The notes beneath the pieces were generated by a model. It worked only from the letters and a program-made list of their open reading frames with translations. It was not told where the DNA came from and did not search any database. From Candidatus Babeliales bacterium (lineage in GTDB: Bacteria; Babelota; Babeliae; Babelales; JANWKD01), in NCBI GenBank assembly GCA_963722075.1, contig CAVRJM010000001.1, positions 981,898 to 1,045,897 of the forward strand: a DNA stretch of 64,000 nucleotides, in the 5' to 3' direction. Shown piece after piece: positions 9,908 to 19,591 of the stretch (position 1 is the first letter of the stretch; each line of letters begins with the position of its first letter). The position numbers were made by a program, and so were the translations under genes.

Positions 9908-10735
9908 TCAATGCATCAAAAAAAGTGCTTCAAAAAATTCTCTATTAGTAGGATTTGATAATTTTAATGGATGATTAAAATAAGAATTAACGGGGTATTT
10001 TTCAAGCGAAAATCCATATACATTTTCGGTTTTTAACCATAACCAATCTTTTTTTAAGCTAATACAGCTTGTTATTGTTGGTATCGCTAATTCTAAAAAT
10101 ACTTTATTGTTAAAAAATAGTTGCGCTAAATCTATAAAATCATTCCTATAGCGAGCGGGCAAATAAAGAACATCTGAAAAAAAGGTACATACATGATTGC
10201 GTCCCCAATTATTTTCCAATGTTTTTTTATATTTTTTTGAAACATTTTTTAACGATTTATTCATCGCATTATAACCAAAACCACTTTGCCACCAGTACCA
10301 ATTTAATGCTTTGGATCCTTTAGATAGATCAATGGCAGTCCCATGATAATCATTATTTACAAAATACAAAAATTTCATTTCTGGTACCCAGATTTTGCTC
10401 GTATCAAGATTTTCGAACAACCATGCATGCGCAACACAATCATCCATTAAAAAAAAGTACCCATCAAAAGAAGGATATTTTTTCATCGCATCAGCAAGCG
10501 CTATGTACCCAAAATAGCCACGCGTATGATTCACTTGATGTACTTCAGGATGGTTGCTCGGTCCGTAAAAAACAATATTAGGGAAATAATTACCGTATAT
10601 TTTTTTTAAAAGGGGAATCGATTCATAATGTTGATGATTATAATTTATGATTAATAAAATATTTTTAAAATCAGCAGCAAATCCCTGAGAAATAAAAAAG
10701 AATAATAGAAATAACAAGAAATTATACCTATTCAT
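9908..10735 (-). CDS. Signal-anchored protein, possible glycosyltransferase-like (function unknown)
   Basis: ORF with a hydrophobic N-terminus (MNRYNFLLFLLFFFISQGFA). I moved the start to the second ATG, which has GAAAGG 7 nt upstream. FFLMDDC could be a DxD-type motif. It lies next to the glycan genes. Confidence 0.5.
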   Translation of the reverse strand: MNRYNFLLFLLFFFISQGFAADFKNILLIINYNHQHYESIPLLKKIYGNYFPNIVFYGPSNHPEVHQVNHTRGYFGYIALADAMKKYPSFDGYFFLMDDCVAHAWLFENLDTSKIWVPEMKFLYFVNNDYHGTAIDLSKGSKALNWYWWQSGFGYNAMNKSLKNVSKKYKKTLENNWGRNHVCTFFSDVLYLPARYRNDFIDLAQLFFNNKVFLELAIPTITSCISLKKDWLWLKTENVYGFSLEKYPVNSYFNHPLKLSNPTNREFFEALFLMH

Positions 10736-11038
10736 AGTATACCTTTCATTTTTATTAAGAATAATCTTAAAGATCATAACAACTTTGAGGATTATTTTTC
10801 AATAAAAAATTATTGGTATATTTATTTATTTTAATATTTACAATTATAAATATTAAAATTCTTAGTTTACTGTTGGCATTTGATAATTAAGGACCTTGAG
10901 ATCATCCAGCCATGCATCCATGAGCGCACGCTCATTTGTTTTGAAAAAATCATGCACTATCATAAGATCAATTAGTTCTTTAATGCGATCATCAAACTGC
11001 TTTTGTTCTGAACGCCAATCACATAAAAGCGCTAATAA

Positions 11039-11938
11039 TTATTCAGTTTTCAAATATAAATCAAGTTCATCGATAAAATCATGCAATAGATTATGCAAAT
11101 TTCTGTATTGAGCAACCGTCGGCTTTGAAAAACAGAGCGAAGCATTCAGGTCCCATAATAAGCGTTGTACCCAATAGCCACGCCAAATATCACATACCCT
11201 AAACGATGTTGTTATTGGTAATACTAAACCCCAAAAAGCATGGTAATAAAAAATAGTATTCTGTGAATTAAAAGGGCTCATAGTATACGCAGCTAAACAA
11301 ATTGGATCATGATCTTCGAATATGACTTCCTCTTGCCGCGTTAATCTAAAAATTGCATCCACATCAGGATCTATATTAGCCAAAGCTTGCTGGATGGGGA
11401 TATGCGCAGATTGCATGGCTACTGAATAATTGAAAGGTGCGGTGATTTTACTTAATGGGTAACCACGTGGCCACACGTTCGCTTGCCCAAAAAGTGCATA
11501 CGGATTAATAGCCGTTTCTACAGAAGAATATTGTAAAAGAGTAACGTGCTCAGGATAGCAATTTATATGCTCATCAATAAGCAAATTATCATCATCTGTT
11601 TCATAAATTATTTTGGCACCATGCTCTATAGCATATAAATAGCCTATATTTTTTCTACAATAATGATTCCATGGTAACAATGGAATAATTTTATATGGAA
11701 GCTGTTCTTGAACTTCTACGCTCAGAAAATCGCAATTATCTAAATGCCAATTTGAGGGCGTCTTTTTATCGGCAACCACCACCAAGCGCCATTCTCTCAA
11801 ACGTGCAAGCTTTTTTAATGTTGCAGTGGGATAATTGATAGTGGTTACTACAATCCACTTATCATGAGCTTGCACGCCTCCATAATAAAAAAAAATAACT
11901 ACAATAAGAAAATGCTCATTTGCCCAATACTTCATCAC
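11039..11938 (-). CDS. STELLO/DUF288-like glycosyltransferase-like protein (ends at an in-frame TAA; see findings)
   Basis: WIVVTTINYPT...WRLVVVADKKTP..W, RKNIGYLYAIEHGAKIIYETDDDN and WPRGYP are the blocks I associate with the eukaryotic STELLO/DUF288 family. N-terminal signal anchor. Confidence 0.6.
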   Translation of the reverse strand: MMKYWANEHFLIVVIFFYYGGVQAHDKWIVVTTINYPTATLKKLARLREWRLVVVADKKTPSNWHLDNCDFLSVEVQEQLPYKIIPLLPWNHYCRKNIGYLYAIEHGAKIIYETDDDNLLIDEHINCYPEHVTLLQYSSVETAINPYALFGQANVWPRGYPLSKITAPFNYSVAMQSAHIPIQQALANIDPDVDAIFRLTRQEEVIFEDHDPICLAAYTMSPFNSQNTIFYYHAFWGLVLPITTSFRVCDIWRGYWVQRLLWDLNASLCFSKPTVAQYRNLHNLLHDFIDELDLYLKTE

Positions 11939-12119
11939 TTCCTTTTTTTAACAATGTTTTATGAATTTATAAGTATCCCAACAGAAAATGTATTATGAAC
12001 AAATAATGTTATAACTATTACTTCCCTTTAGGATTTGAAAAAACAAAATAATTCACTAAAATGGTAGCAACCTTATCCCTATAATTTCAATAAATCCACG
12101 CAAGGAGATATTACACGGT

Positions 12120-13121
12120 ATGAAAGAAAAGATTTCTATTGTAATACCTGTTTATAATGAAGAAAATAATTTAATTCCTATGTATTCCATTATTAATGAG
12201 ATTGTTCAAAAAGTTGCTGATTATTTTAGTTATGAACTGATTTTAGTTAACGACGGCAGCAAGGATAATTCTTGGTCTATTATTAAAAAATTAGCCGCTG
12301 CAGATCCAGCAATTAAAGCAATTAATTTTAGTAGAAACTTTGGGCATCAAATTGCACTCACTGCTGGCTATGATATAGCAACCGGTGATGCTATTATCAC
12401 TATGGATGCAGATTTACAAGATCCACCTCATCTTATATTGGAGATGATTGAATCATGGAAAAAAGGAAATTTAATTGTATATGCACGGCGAGCCAACCGA
12501 AGCGATACTTTTTTAAAAAAATATACCGCACTCCTTTATTATAAATTTTTAGATTATATAGCTGACGTTAAAATACCACGTAACGTAGGTGATTTTCGCT
12601 TAATTGATAAAAAGGTGTTACAAACGCTAAAAGAATGTCCAGAAAAATCACGCTACTTGCGCGGCATGGTTGCTTGGACTGGCTTTAAACATGATTTTAT
12701 AGATTTCAATAGATCAAATAGACATGCAGGAACTACTGGATATACATGGAATAAAATGTTTAAGCTTGCATTTGATGGGCTTACGGCATTTTCATTATTT
12801 CCACTTAAAATTGCAGCCTTTGTTGGATTATTTGTTATGGTAACAGGAAGCCTTATGTTTAGTTATATCACCATTGATGCACTTATTTTTGGCATCGATT
12901 ACCCACTTTTCAAATGGCTCGTTACTATAATTTATATTTTTATGGGCTTACAATTTATTCTTTTATGGTTAGTAGGTGAATATATTGGTAGAATTCATGA
13001 GCAACAAAAAAATAGACCTTTATATTTAGTTGATGAATTAGTAAATTTTGAAAAAGCAATTTCGATATCAGATTCCATCATTGCTGCAAATGACCCCAAA
13101 GTAAAAGATCTTCATTATTGA
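12120..13121 (+). CDS. GT2 polyprenyl-phosphate glycosyltransferase (GtrB/ArnC-like), copy a
   Basis: ISIVIPVYNEENNL, LVNDGSKDNSW, FSRNFGHQIALTAGY and TMDADLQDPP, plus two C-terminal TM helices. Confidence 0.85.
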   Translation: MKEKISIVIPVYNEENNLIPMYSIINEIVQKVADYFSYELILVNDGSKDNSWSIIKKLAAADPAIKAINFSRNFGHQIALTAGYDIATGDAIITMDADLQDPPHLILEMIESWKKGNLIVYARRANRSDTFLKKYTALLYYKFLDYIADVKIPRNVGDFRLIDKKVLQTLKECPEKSRYLRGMVAWTGFKHDFIDFNRSNRHAGTTGYTWNKMFKLAFDGLTAFSLFPLKIAAFVGLFVMVTGSLMFSYITIDALIFGIDYPLFKWLVTIIYIFMGLQFILLWLVGEYIGRIHEQQKNRPLYLVDELVNFEKAISISDSIIAANDPKVKDLHY

Positions 13122-13209
13122 TTACGAGTTGAGTTTTTTATTGATTTTTTTAGAGTAATTAAAAATATTATTTCAAAAGAAAGAATTATACAATTCAAAG
13201 GAAATTATA

Positions 13210-13899
13210 ATGAAAGCAGAATTCGATTCATATATAAAAGATTACCGCAAAGATCTTGATAATCACCTTGCATTATCGGGAGAAAATAGTAGTTTTTTTG
13301 CTGAGTATAAAGCATTAAAACTCAAGGAATGGCTGGGTAAGCAAGCGTTAACTGCACAAAAAATATTAGATTTTGGTTGCGGTGACGGGCTAATGACTAA
13401 CTTTGTGAGCGTTCACCTTCCCAACGCTCAACTCTATGGCGTTGATCCTTCCCCAGATAGCATTAAAGCTGCGCAAAAAAATTATCCCCATTTACGCCTA
13501 AGTGTCAGCTATGATGAACGGTATGATTTAGATTTTCCCACCGCTTATTTTGATATTATATTTGCTGCAGGAGCGTTTCATCATATTCAATTTAAGCATC
13601 ATAACGGCTTTTATAAAGAACTATTTAGAATCTTAAAACCTAATGGCGTATTAGTTACTTTTGAGCTTAACCCACTTAATCCTCTTACTTATAGAACCTT
13701 TAAAAAAAATCCTATTGATCAACATGCCACCATGCTCAAACCATGGTATGCATATCAATTAGGTAAAGAATGGGCTCGTAAACGTTCATTAAAATTTTAC
13801 TGTTTTTACCCTCATGCACTTCGATGGTTGCGTTTTTCAGAAAAATATTTAACCAAAATACCAGCAGGTGCATTATATGCTACTATTTTCACCAAATAA
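13210..13899 (+). CDS. Class I SAM-dependent methyltransferase
   Basis: Motif I ILDFGCGDGLM, post-I YGVDPS, and motif III LKPNGVLV. Confidence 0.8.
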   Translation: MKAEFDSYIKDYRKDLDNHLALSGENSSFFAEYKALKLKEWLGKQALTAQKILDFGCGDGLMTNFVSVHLPNAQLYGVDPSPDSIKAAQKNYPHLRLSVSYDERYDLDFPTAYFDIIFAAGAFHHIQFKHHNGFYKELFRILKPNGVLVTFELNPLNPLTYRTFKKNPIDQHATMLKPWYAYQLGKEWARKRSLKFYCFYPHALRWLRFSEKYLTKIPAGALYATIFTK

Positions 13900-13932
13900 A
13901 GATCGTTATTTTGCACATAAAGGGAGCAATTA

Positions 13933-15117
13933 ATGAATATCATGCTGTGCCGGCTTAATAATCTTCAACATGCGCTTGCAGGCCTTATTAAAACAGGCGT
14001 TCCGCTTATTTTTTATGATGGTCAAAAACTAGTTCCTTTTGATGCAAGTGATGATATAGGCATATATTATTTCATTCCCCGGCTTGCTTGCTTTTTTAAT
14101 ATATCCCTTGAACAGAGTATCGCGTTTTTCTTTAATACCATGCTAGCGTGTTCATTTATAGCAGCCTTTGTGGGATTTTGGTGTTTATATCGTACTCTTT
14201 TTTCAAGAATTTTCATCACCGCTGAGCTATCGCTCCTTCTTTTTTTTATTATTCGGACTAAAACTTATGATGTATACCTAACCTATATCATGGCAAATTT
14301 ATGTTTGATCCCATTATTTTTATATCTGTTTTTTAAAAAAAATAATTCAGCTATATTTGATATCTTTTTAATAATCGGCGGTGTAATAATAGGATCTTTA
14401 CATTATATAAGAGCTTTTTCAGCCCTGGGTGCCGGTGCATTTATCGTCTGTATGATCATATTAAATCACCAATTTTCTGGCAAAAAAAAGTCATTTTTAT
14501 TAAGTTGCTTACTAGGTGGATTACTTCTTTCAGTTTGTTATTTTCAAAACATTATATATTCATATCAAAGCGCTGCTAAAAAAATATTTACCAACTACTC
14601 GGACTTTCCTATACACCATCCTTTTTGGCATTCTATTTATATAGGCTTTGGTTTTTTAAAATTTTTAAATGACGATAATATTGAATATGCTGATCAATGT
14701 GGCACTAATAAAGTGCAACAGCCTATAACTGCACATAATTTCAATGAATATGAAAATTATTTAAAAAATGAAGTCGCTCTTCTATGGAAAAAGAAGAAGG
14801 TATTTTTTTTATTTACTATTTTTGCAAAAATAGGCGTCTTAATTTTGTTTTTCCTTTTTTTTACAAATATAGGCATAATTCATCTATTTTTTACCAAATC
14901 ATGGGCCATTGAATGTTCTTTTATAGCATCATTTATATGCAATAGCTTACCTTGTCTTTTAGCAGTACCTTGTTTTGCTTATGGCGTTGGATTCATTACC
15001 CTGAGCACGATATATTGTATTGTGAGTATTTGCACTATATCAAGGCAAGAGCTCGTAGGAAAATTATTTACGTTAAAAAAAATAATGGGTCGAAACATTT
15101 TCTTTAACAATGCATAA
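13933..15117 (+). CDS. Polytopic membrane protein, candidate GT-C-like glycosyltransferase, copy a
   Basis: About 11 hydrophobic segments. Paralogous to 16035..17261 (shared FDASDDIGIYYFIPRL / SFDDVGIFILIPKL and HHPFWHSIYIGFGFLKFLNDDNIEYADQCG / KHPFWHTVYAGLGLLRWKNDDNIEFDDGCV). Its end overlaps the start of the next GT2 gene by 8 nt. Confidence 0.6.
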   Translation: MNIMLCRLNNLQHALAGLIKTGVPLIFYDGQKLVPFDASDDIGIYYFIPRLACFFNISLEQSIAFFFNTMLACSFIAAFVGFWCLYRTLFSRIFITAELSLLLFFIIRTKTYDVYLTYIMANLCLIPLFLYLFFKKNNSAIFDIFLIIGGVIIGSLHYIRAFSALGAGAFIVCMIILNHQFSGKKKSFLLSCLLGGLLLSVCYFQNIIYSYQSAAKKIFTNYSDFPIHHPFWHSIYIGFGFLKFLNDDNIEYADQCGTNKVQQPITAHNFNEYENYLKNEVALLWKKKKVFFLFTIFAKIGVLILFFLFFTNIGIIHLFFTKSWAIECSFIASFICNSLPCLLAVPCFAYGVGFITLSTIYCIVSICTISRQELVGKLFTLKKIMGRNIFFNNA

Positions 15118-16045
15118 AAAATTAATTTCAATCATATTACCTGTTTATAATGAGCAGCATAATATTCCATTGGTATATAAAGAAATTATCAAGCATGTAA
15201 AAGATACCACTTATAACTTTGAAATTATTTTTATTAATGATGGTAGTAAGGATAAGTCATGGGAAACCATTAAACAACGTGCCTCATCTGATTCTCAAGT
15301 AAAGGGGGTTAATTTTATAAGAAATTTTGGTCATCAAGCTGCTTTAATGGCTGGGTATCATTATGCTTCTGGAGAGGCTATTATTTCAATGGATACCGAT
15401 CTACAACATCCTCCTGAAATGATTCCTTCCATGATTATTGCTTGGCAGCAAGGTTTTGACATTGTATATATTCAGAATGTAAAACGTAATGATAATTTTT
15501 TGAAAAAAATCACAGCTGCGTGTTATTACAAATTCCTTGAAAAATCAGCCCATATAAAAACACCACGCAATGTAGCCGATTTTAGATTGATTGATAAAAA
15601 AGTGAGAGATATTGTTATTACCTTACCCGAGAAAGCATTATACCTGCGCGGTCTAATAGCATGGGTAGGTTTCTCATATACTATTATTCCTTGTATATTT
15701 GCTAAACGGCATGCTGGTCAACCAGGATATACTTGGCATAAAATGATCAAACTCGCCCTGGATGGTATTTTTGGATTTTGCACTTCTCCTTTTAAAATGT
15801 TGTACTTTATTTCTTTATTTATTATAAATAGCGGGTTAACGTGTCTCATATATCATATAGTATATCCATACCCTATGATGCACTATTCCTCTTTAACAGT
15901 AATTATAACCGTAACGTATATGCTATTGGGGATACAGTTTTTTCTCATTGGGCTATTATATCATCACTTAAGTATTTTTTATCAAGCAATAAAAAAACGT
16001 CCTACCTATATTATTACTGATTTACACAGCCATTTTAAGAATTAA
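15110..16045 (+). CDS. GT2 polyprenyl-phosphate glycosyltransferase (GtrB/ArnC-like), copy b
   Basis: ISIILPVYNEQHNI, FINDGSKDKSW, IRNFGHQAALMAGY, SMDTDLQHPP and C-terminal TM helices. Paralogue of 12120..13121. Confidence 0.85.
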   Translation: MHKKLISIILPVYNEQHNIPLVYKEIIKHVKDTTYNFEIIFINDGSKDKSWETIKQRASSDSQVKGVNFIRNFGHQAALMAGYHYASGEAIISMDTDLQHPPEMIPSMIIAWQQGFDIVYIQNVKRNDNFLKKITAACYYKFLEKSAHIKTPRNVADFRLIDKKVRDIVITLPEKALYLRGLIAWVGFSYTIIPCIFAKRHAGQPGYTWHKMIKLALDGIFGFCTSPFKMLYFISLFIINSGLTCLIYHIVYPYPMMHYSSLTVIITVTYMLLGIQFFLIGLLYHHLSIFYQAIKKRPTYIITDLHSHFKN

Positions 16046-17261
16046 GAAATTGAAGATTACGCACTCTTTTTTTAAATGCACGCTTACTATAGTTAATTAA
16101 GAAGGCTTGATTCATTTCCAAATAATGACTAAGGCTTATTATGCCATATAGTATACATAAGGTTATAAATGATAATGTATAATTACTAAATGGTAATGCG
16201 ATAAATGGAAAAACAATACTCGTCAAAATAGCCATTATAAATGATAATTCAAGAGTAAATGATTTAGGACAATAATACGCAGCAAGCAACCCAATGTTGG
16301 CAAAAAATAATAGATAAAAAAGTAAAATGCCTATTTTTGCAAATAGTGTTGCTGCAATAAAAAATGGTTTAGTTTTAATTAAATGAATAACTTCATCCTT
16401 AACTATTTTTTCATACTCATCCATTTGAAATAAGGAAATACTCGGATCCTTTTTTTCAACCATGCGAAACACACAACCATCATCAAATTCGATATTATCG
16501 TCATTTTTCCATCGTAATAAACCCAATCCAGCATATACCGTATGCCAGAATGGATGCTTTGTTGGGAAACAAGCAAGATCACTAAAATGGGTTCGCGCAT
16601 ATTCGTCGTATTTACGCATTTGATTATTAAAGTAATACCATGGTACTAAAGATGAACATAGTAACGCCCCTAAAAGAATGGCTTTTTGCTTCATTAACAA
16701 CCGCGTTGATAAAAATATAGCCATCATTATAAAAACCCAAACTGCTAATCCTGAATGAGAACGAATATAATGAAAAGAGCTCAAAGTAAATCCTGATAAC
16801 AAAAGAACGCCAAGGAGTTTATTAAATGCCTCACTTCTTTCAAGATAATATAAAAATGGCGGGATGATACCAATAACCATTGCAAAATAAGCAATATACA
16901 CATCTACCGCGGCTACTTTAGTTACAAAAAGGAGAAAAAACATACCCATCGTTGTTGCAACACGTGCACTCAAAGAACGATACATTAATAATAAATAAAA
17001 AAAACCTATGACAAATGCCATATATTTTATGCCATAGAAAAAAACATCAATACCTTGTTGCACTGAAAGATTACACCAATTGATTAATTTGGGTATCAAA
17101 ATAAAAATACCAACATCATCAAAAGAGCCGGTCCAACGTTGAGTATTCCCGGTAAAGGGAATAAATGAAGCACCATCAAAACCTATTAAGGGTACATTAA
17201 TTTTACCAAATGCCTGCACTATATAATCGATCATTATATACCGTGAAATGAGAATATTCAT
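16035..17261 (-). CDS. Polytopic membrane protein, candidate GT-C-like glycosyltransferase, copy b
   Basis: 408 aa, multi-TM, paralogue of 13933..15117 (see the motifs there). Confidence 0.6.
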   Translation of the reverse strand: MNILISRYIMIDYIVQAFGKINVPLIGFDGASFIPFTGNTQRWTGSFDDVGIFILIPKLINWCNLSVQQGIDVFFYGIKYMAFVIGFFYLLLMYRSLSARVATTMGMFFLLFVTKVAAVDVYIAYFAMVIGIIPPFLYYLERSEAFNKLLGVLLLSGFTLSSFHYIRSHSGLAVWVFIMMAIFLSTRLLMKQKAILLGALLCSSLVPWYYFNNQMRKYDEYARTHFSDLACFPTKHPFWHTVYAGLGLLRWKNDDNIEFDDGCVFRMVEKKDPSISLFQMDEYEKIVKDEVIHLIKTKPFFIAATLFAKIGILLFYLLFFANIGLLAAYYCPKSFTLELSFIMAILTSIVFPFIALPFSNYTLSFITLCILYGIISLSHYLEMNQAFLINYSKRAFKKRVRNLQFLNS

Positions 17262-17276
17262 ACCATTCCTTTTTGA

Positions 17277-17981
17277 TTATATTTTATACAGCTCATTGAA
17301 ATTTAAATTAAATAATGACTTAATACTATACAAAAACCGTAGATAACCATTATGTTCTTTCTTGGGCTTTGGTTTACTATTCATCGTTTGAACTTTTTCT
17401 TTTAAACGATCGAATTTTTCTTTATACGATCTAACAATAGTAACACGATCCGTTACCACCATATTTTCTTCATTACGCGTTAAACCCCCTTGTGTGGTGT
17501 TTGCTGAACCAAACATCACCAGCGCTTTATTATATAAGTTCATACTAAAATGCCACACTTTATTATGCATTATAGAAAATGATTTTCTATAAACATACAC
17601 TTTAATGCCGTGCTTTTTTAACTGAGTAATTTTCTCATATTTGCTTTCTAAACAACTTTTATCAGTTATAATTTCTATACTAACACCGCGTCGGCGCGCG
17701 CTAACTAATGCATCAACAATATCTGGATCTGTCAATTGATAAACCGCCGCTCTAATTGCTCTTTTTTCGTGATGAATTAACCCAATGAGCACTTGTTTGA
17801 GTGGATCATCAGGTACAAAAAATACTCCTTCTATTTTATTAAGCGGTTTTATTAACTGGGCTTTTGCATAATTCATACATTCAACGATATCGTAATTAAC
17901 TTGCGTAGAGGTTAAAAAGAAATAACCAAAAATTAATAAAAAAGAAAGGGCTGTAGTAATAAAGGTTGAGTTATCAGTCAT
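17277..17981 (-). CDS. Phospholipase D / Nuc-like single-HKD family protein with N-terminal TM anchor
   Basis: HKD-type motif HNKVWHF...[17 protein letters not shown] and Nuc-like size (234 aa). Its start overlaps the gmd stop by 4 nt. Confidence 0.7.
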   Translation of the reverse strand: MTDNSTFITTALSFLLIFGYFFLTSTQVNYDIVECMNYAKAQLIKPLNKIEGVFFVPDDPLKQVLIGLIHHEKRAIRAAVYQLTDPDIVDALVSARRRGVSIEIITDKSCLESKYEKITQLKKHGIKVYVYRKSFSIMHNKVWHFSMNLYNKALVMFGSANTTQGGLTRNEENMVVTDRVTIVRSYKEKFDRLKEKVQTMNSKPKPKKEHNGYLRFLYSIKSLFNLNFNELYKI

Positions 17982-19144
17982 TTATTCGCCCAATGCTCCG
18001 TAATGGCATAACTTACTGGATGATTTAAACCGTTGTAAGCCCGTTCCAGCTTTTTACAATCTTCTTCAACCATTAACCTAACCAGTTCATTAAATGTTGT
18101 TTGTGGGCGCCAGTGCAATCCATGCCATGCTTTTTGGGCATCTCCTAAAAGATAATCAACTTCTGTAGGCCTAAAATAAAGTGGATCAATAAGCACTAAT
18201 GGTTTTTTCGTTTGCGCATCAACTCCTTGCTCATGAATACCTTCACCCTGCCATTCAATAGTAATACCAATATGAGCAAATGCTTGTTCAACAAATTCAC
18301 GCACCGAATGGGCCTGACCGGTAGCAATAACATAATCATCCGGAACCTCTTGTTGCAACATTAACCACATAGCTTCTACATATTCTTTTGCGTATCCCCA
18401 ATCGCGTTTGGCGTCCAAATTGCCTAGATACAATTTTTCTTGCAACCCATATTTTATATGAGCTACCGCTCGCGTAATTTTACGCGTTACGAATGTTTCC
18501 CCACGGATTGGTGATTCATGATTAAACAAAATACCATTGCAGGCAAATATACCGTACGCTTCTCTATAATTTACGGTAATCCAATAGGCATATAATTTTG
18601 CAATAGCATACGGAGAACATGGATGAAACGGTGTTAATTCATTTTGCGGTGGAAGAGAACTGCCATACATTTCACTGGTGGAAGCTTGATAAAATTTAAC
18701 CTTCTTGGTTAATCCCAATAATCTAATTGCTTCAAGAATGCGTAACGTCCCAATGGCATCAGCATTTGCCGTATATTCGGGCGTTTCAAATGATACTGCC
18801 ACATGACTTTGCGCCGCTAAATTATAAATCTCATCAGGCTGTGCCTCCTGAATGATACGAATAACATTAGTGCTATCGGTTAAATCTCCATAATGTAAAA
18901 TAAAATTTCGCTTATCGAAATCATGCATATCTTGATATAAATGATCAATGCGCGCTGTATTAAGTGACGATGATCTTCTTTTTATGCCATGTACTATATA
19001 CCCTTTTTTGAGTAAAAATTCTGCTAAATAGGCACCGTCTTGACCAGTTATACCAGTAATTAAAGCAACTTTTGGATTTTCGACTTCTGACCAGATTGGA
19101 TTATAGAGAAATAATGCATATGTTAACCATAGAATTTTTTTCAT
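17978..19144 (-). CDS. gmd: GDP-mannose 4,6-dehydratase with ~24-aa hydrophobic N-terminal extension
   Basis: [34 protein letters not shown], the SDR catalytic context (STSEMYG, YAIAKLY) and [17 protein letters not shown] are typical Gmd blocks. Strong SD GAAGGAAG lies upstream of the first ATG. Confidence 0.9.
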   Translation of the reverse strand: MKKILWLTYALFLYNPIWSEVENPKVALITGITGQDGAYLAEFLLKKGYIVHGIKRRSSSLNTARIDHLYQDMHDFDKRNFILHYGDLTDSTNVIRIIQEAQPDEIYNLAAQSHVAVSFETPEYTANADAIGTLRILEAIRLLGLTKKVKFYQASTSEMYGSSLPPQNELTPFHPCSPYAIAKLYAYWITVNYREAYGIFACNGILFNHESPIRGETFVTRKITRAVAHIKYGLQEKLYLGNLDAKRDWGYAKEYVEAMWLMLQQEVPDDYVIATGQAHSVREFVEQAFAHIGITIEWQGEGIHEQGVDAQTKKPLVLIDPLYFRPTEVDYLLGDAQKAWHGLHWRPQTTFNELVRLMVEEDCKKLERAYNGLNHPVSYAITEHWANK

Positions 19145-19219
19145 TTCAACTTCCTTCTTTTAAACTTAATATCAAATGAATATAAGAAGTTTTTTCAATT
19201 GATGTAAATTTGAAAATGG

Positions 19220-19489
19220 CGTCGTTGCGAGTTTACGAAGCAATCCAGGCTAATTATATATCTTTATTTTTTAGCTATGTACAAAATCATTTCTTGGCCA
19301 ATTTTCTTGGTTTGCATTTTGTTTTGTGTTTTTATTTTAAAATGACACTAATTTAATTAATCTTGTATTGTAATTTTAATTTATTCTTTCACTATTTATA
19401 GCATTATATATTATTTATTTTAATCTGGATTGCTTCGACAAGCCATGTCCGCCCGAAGCCCTATCGGGCGAAGGCGGATCGCAACGACG
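19220..19489. repeat. MITE-like element, GCAATCCAG-type terminal inverted repeats
   Basis: Left end cgtcgttgcgagtttacgaagcaatccagg. Right end cctggattgcttcgacaagccatgtccgcccgaagccctatcgggcgaaggcggatcgcaacgacg. AT-rich core of about 175 bp. Same architecture as 26202-26431. Confidence 0.8.
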
Positions 19490-19591
19490 TCTTTTTCTAA
19501 ATCTTATACCATTTAACTATGAGCATGATTTTATAATGCTTTTAAAAAAATTCAACAGTCCAAGAAAATAATCCCATTTTTGAGAAGAATG

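Noticed and set aside
10896-11111. ORF 10896..11111(+)
   Set aside because: It is antisense to the STELLO-like gene tail and its in-frame 58-codon continuation, and its product is Ser-rich low complexity.
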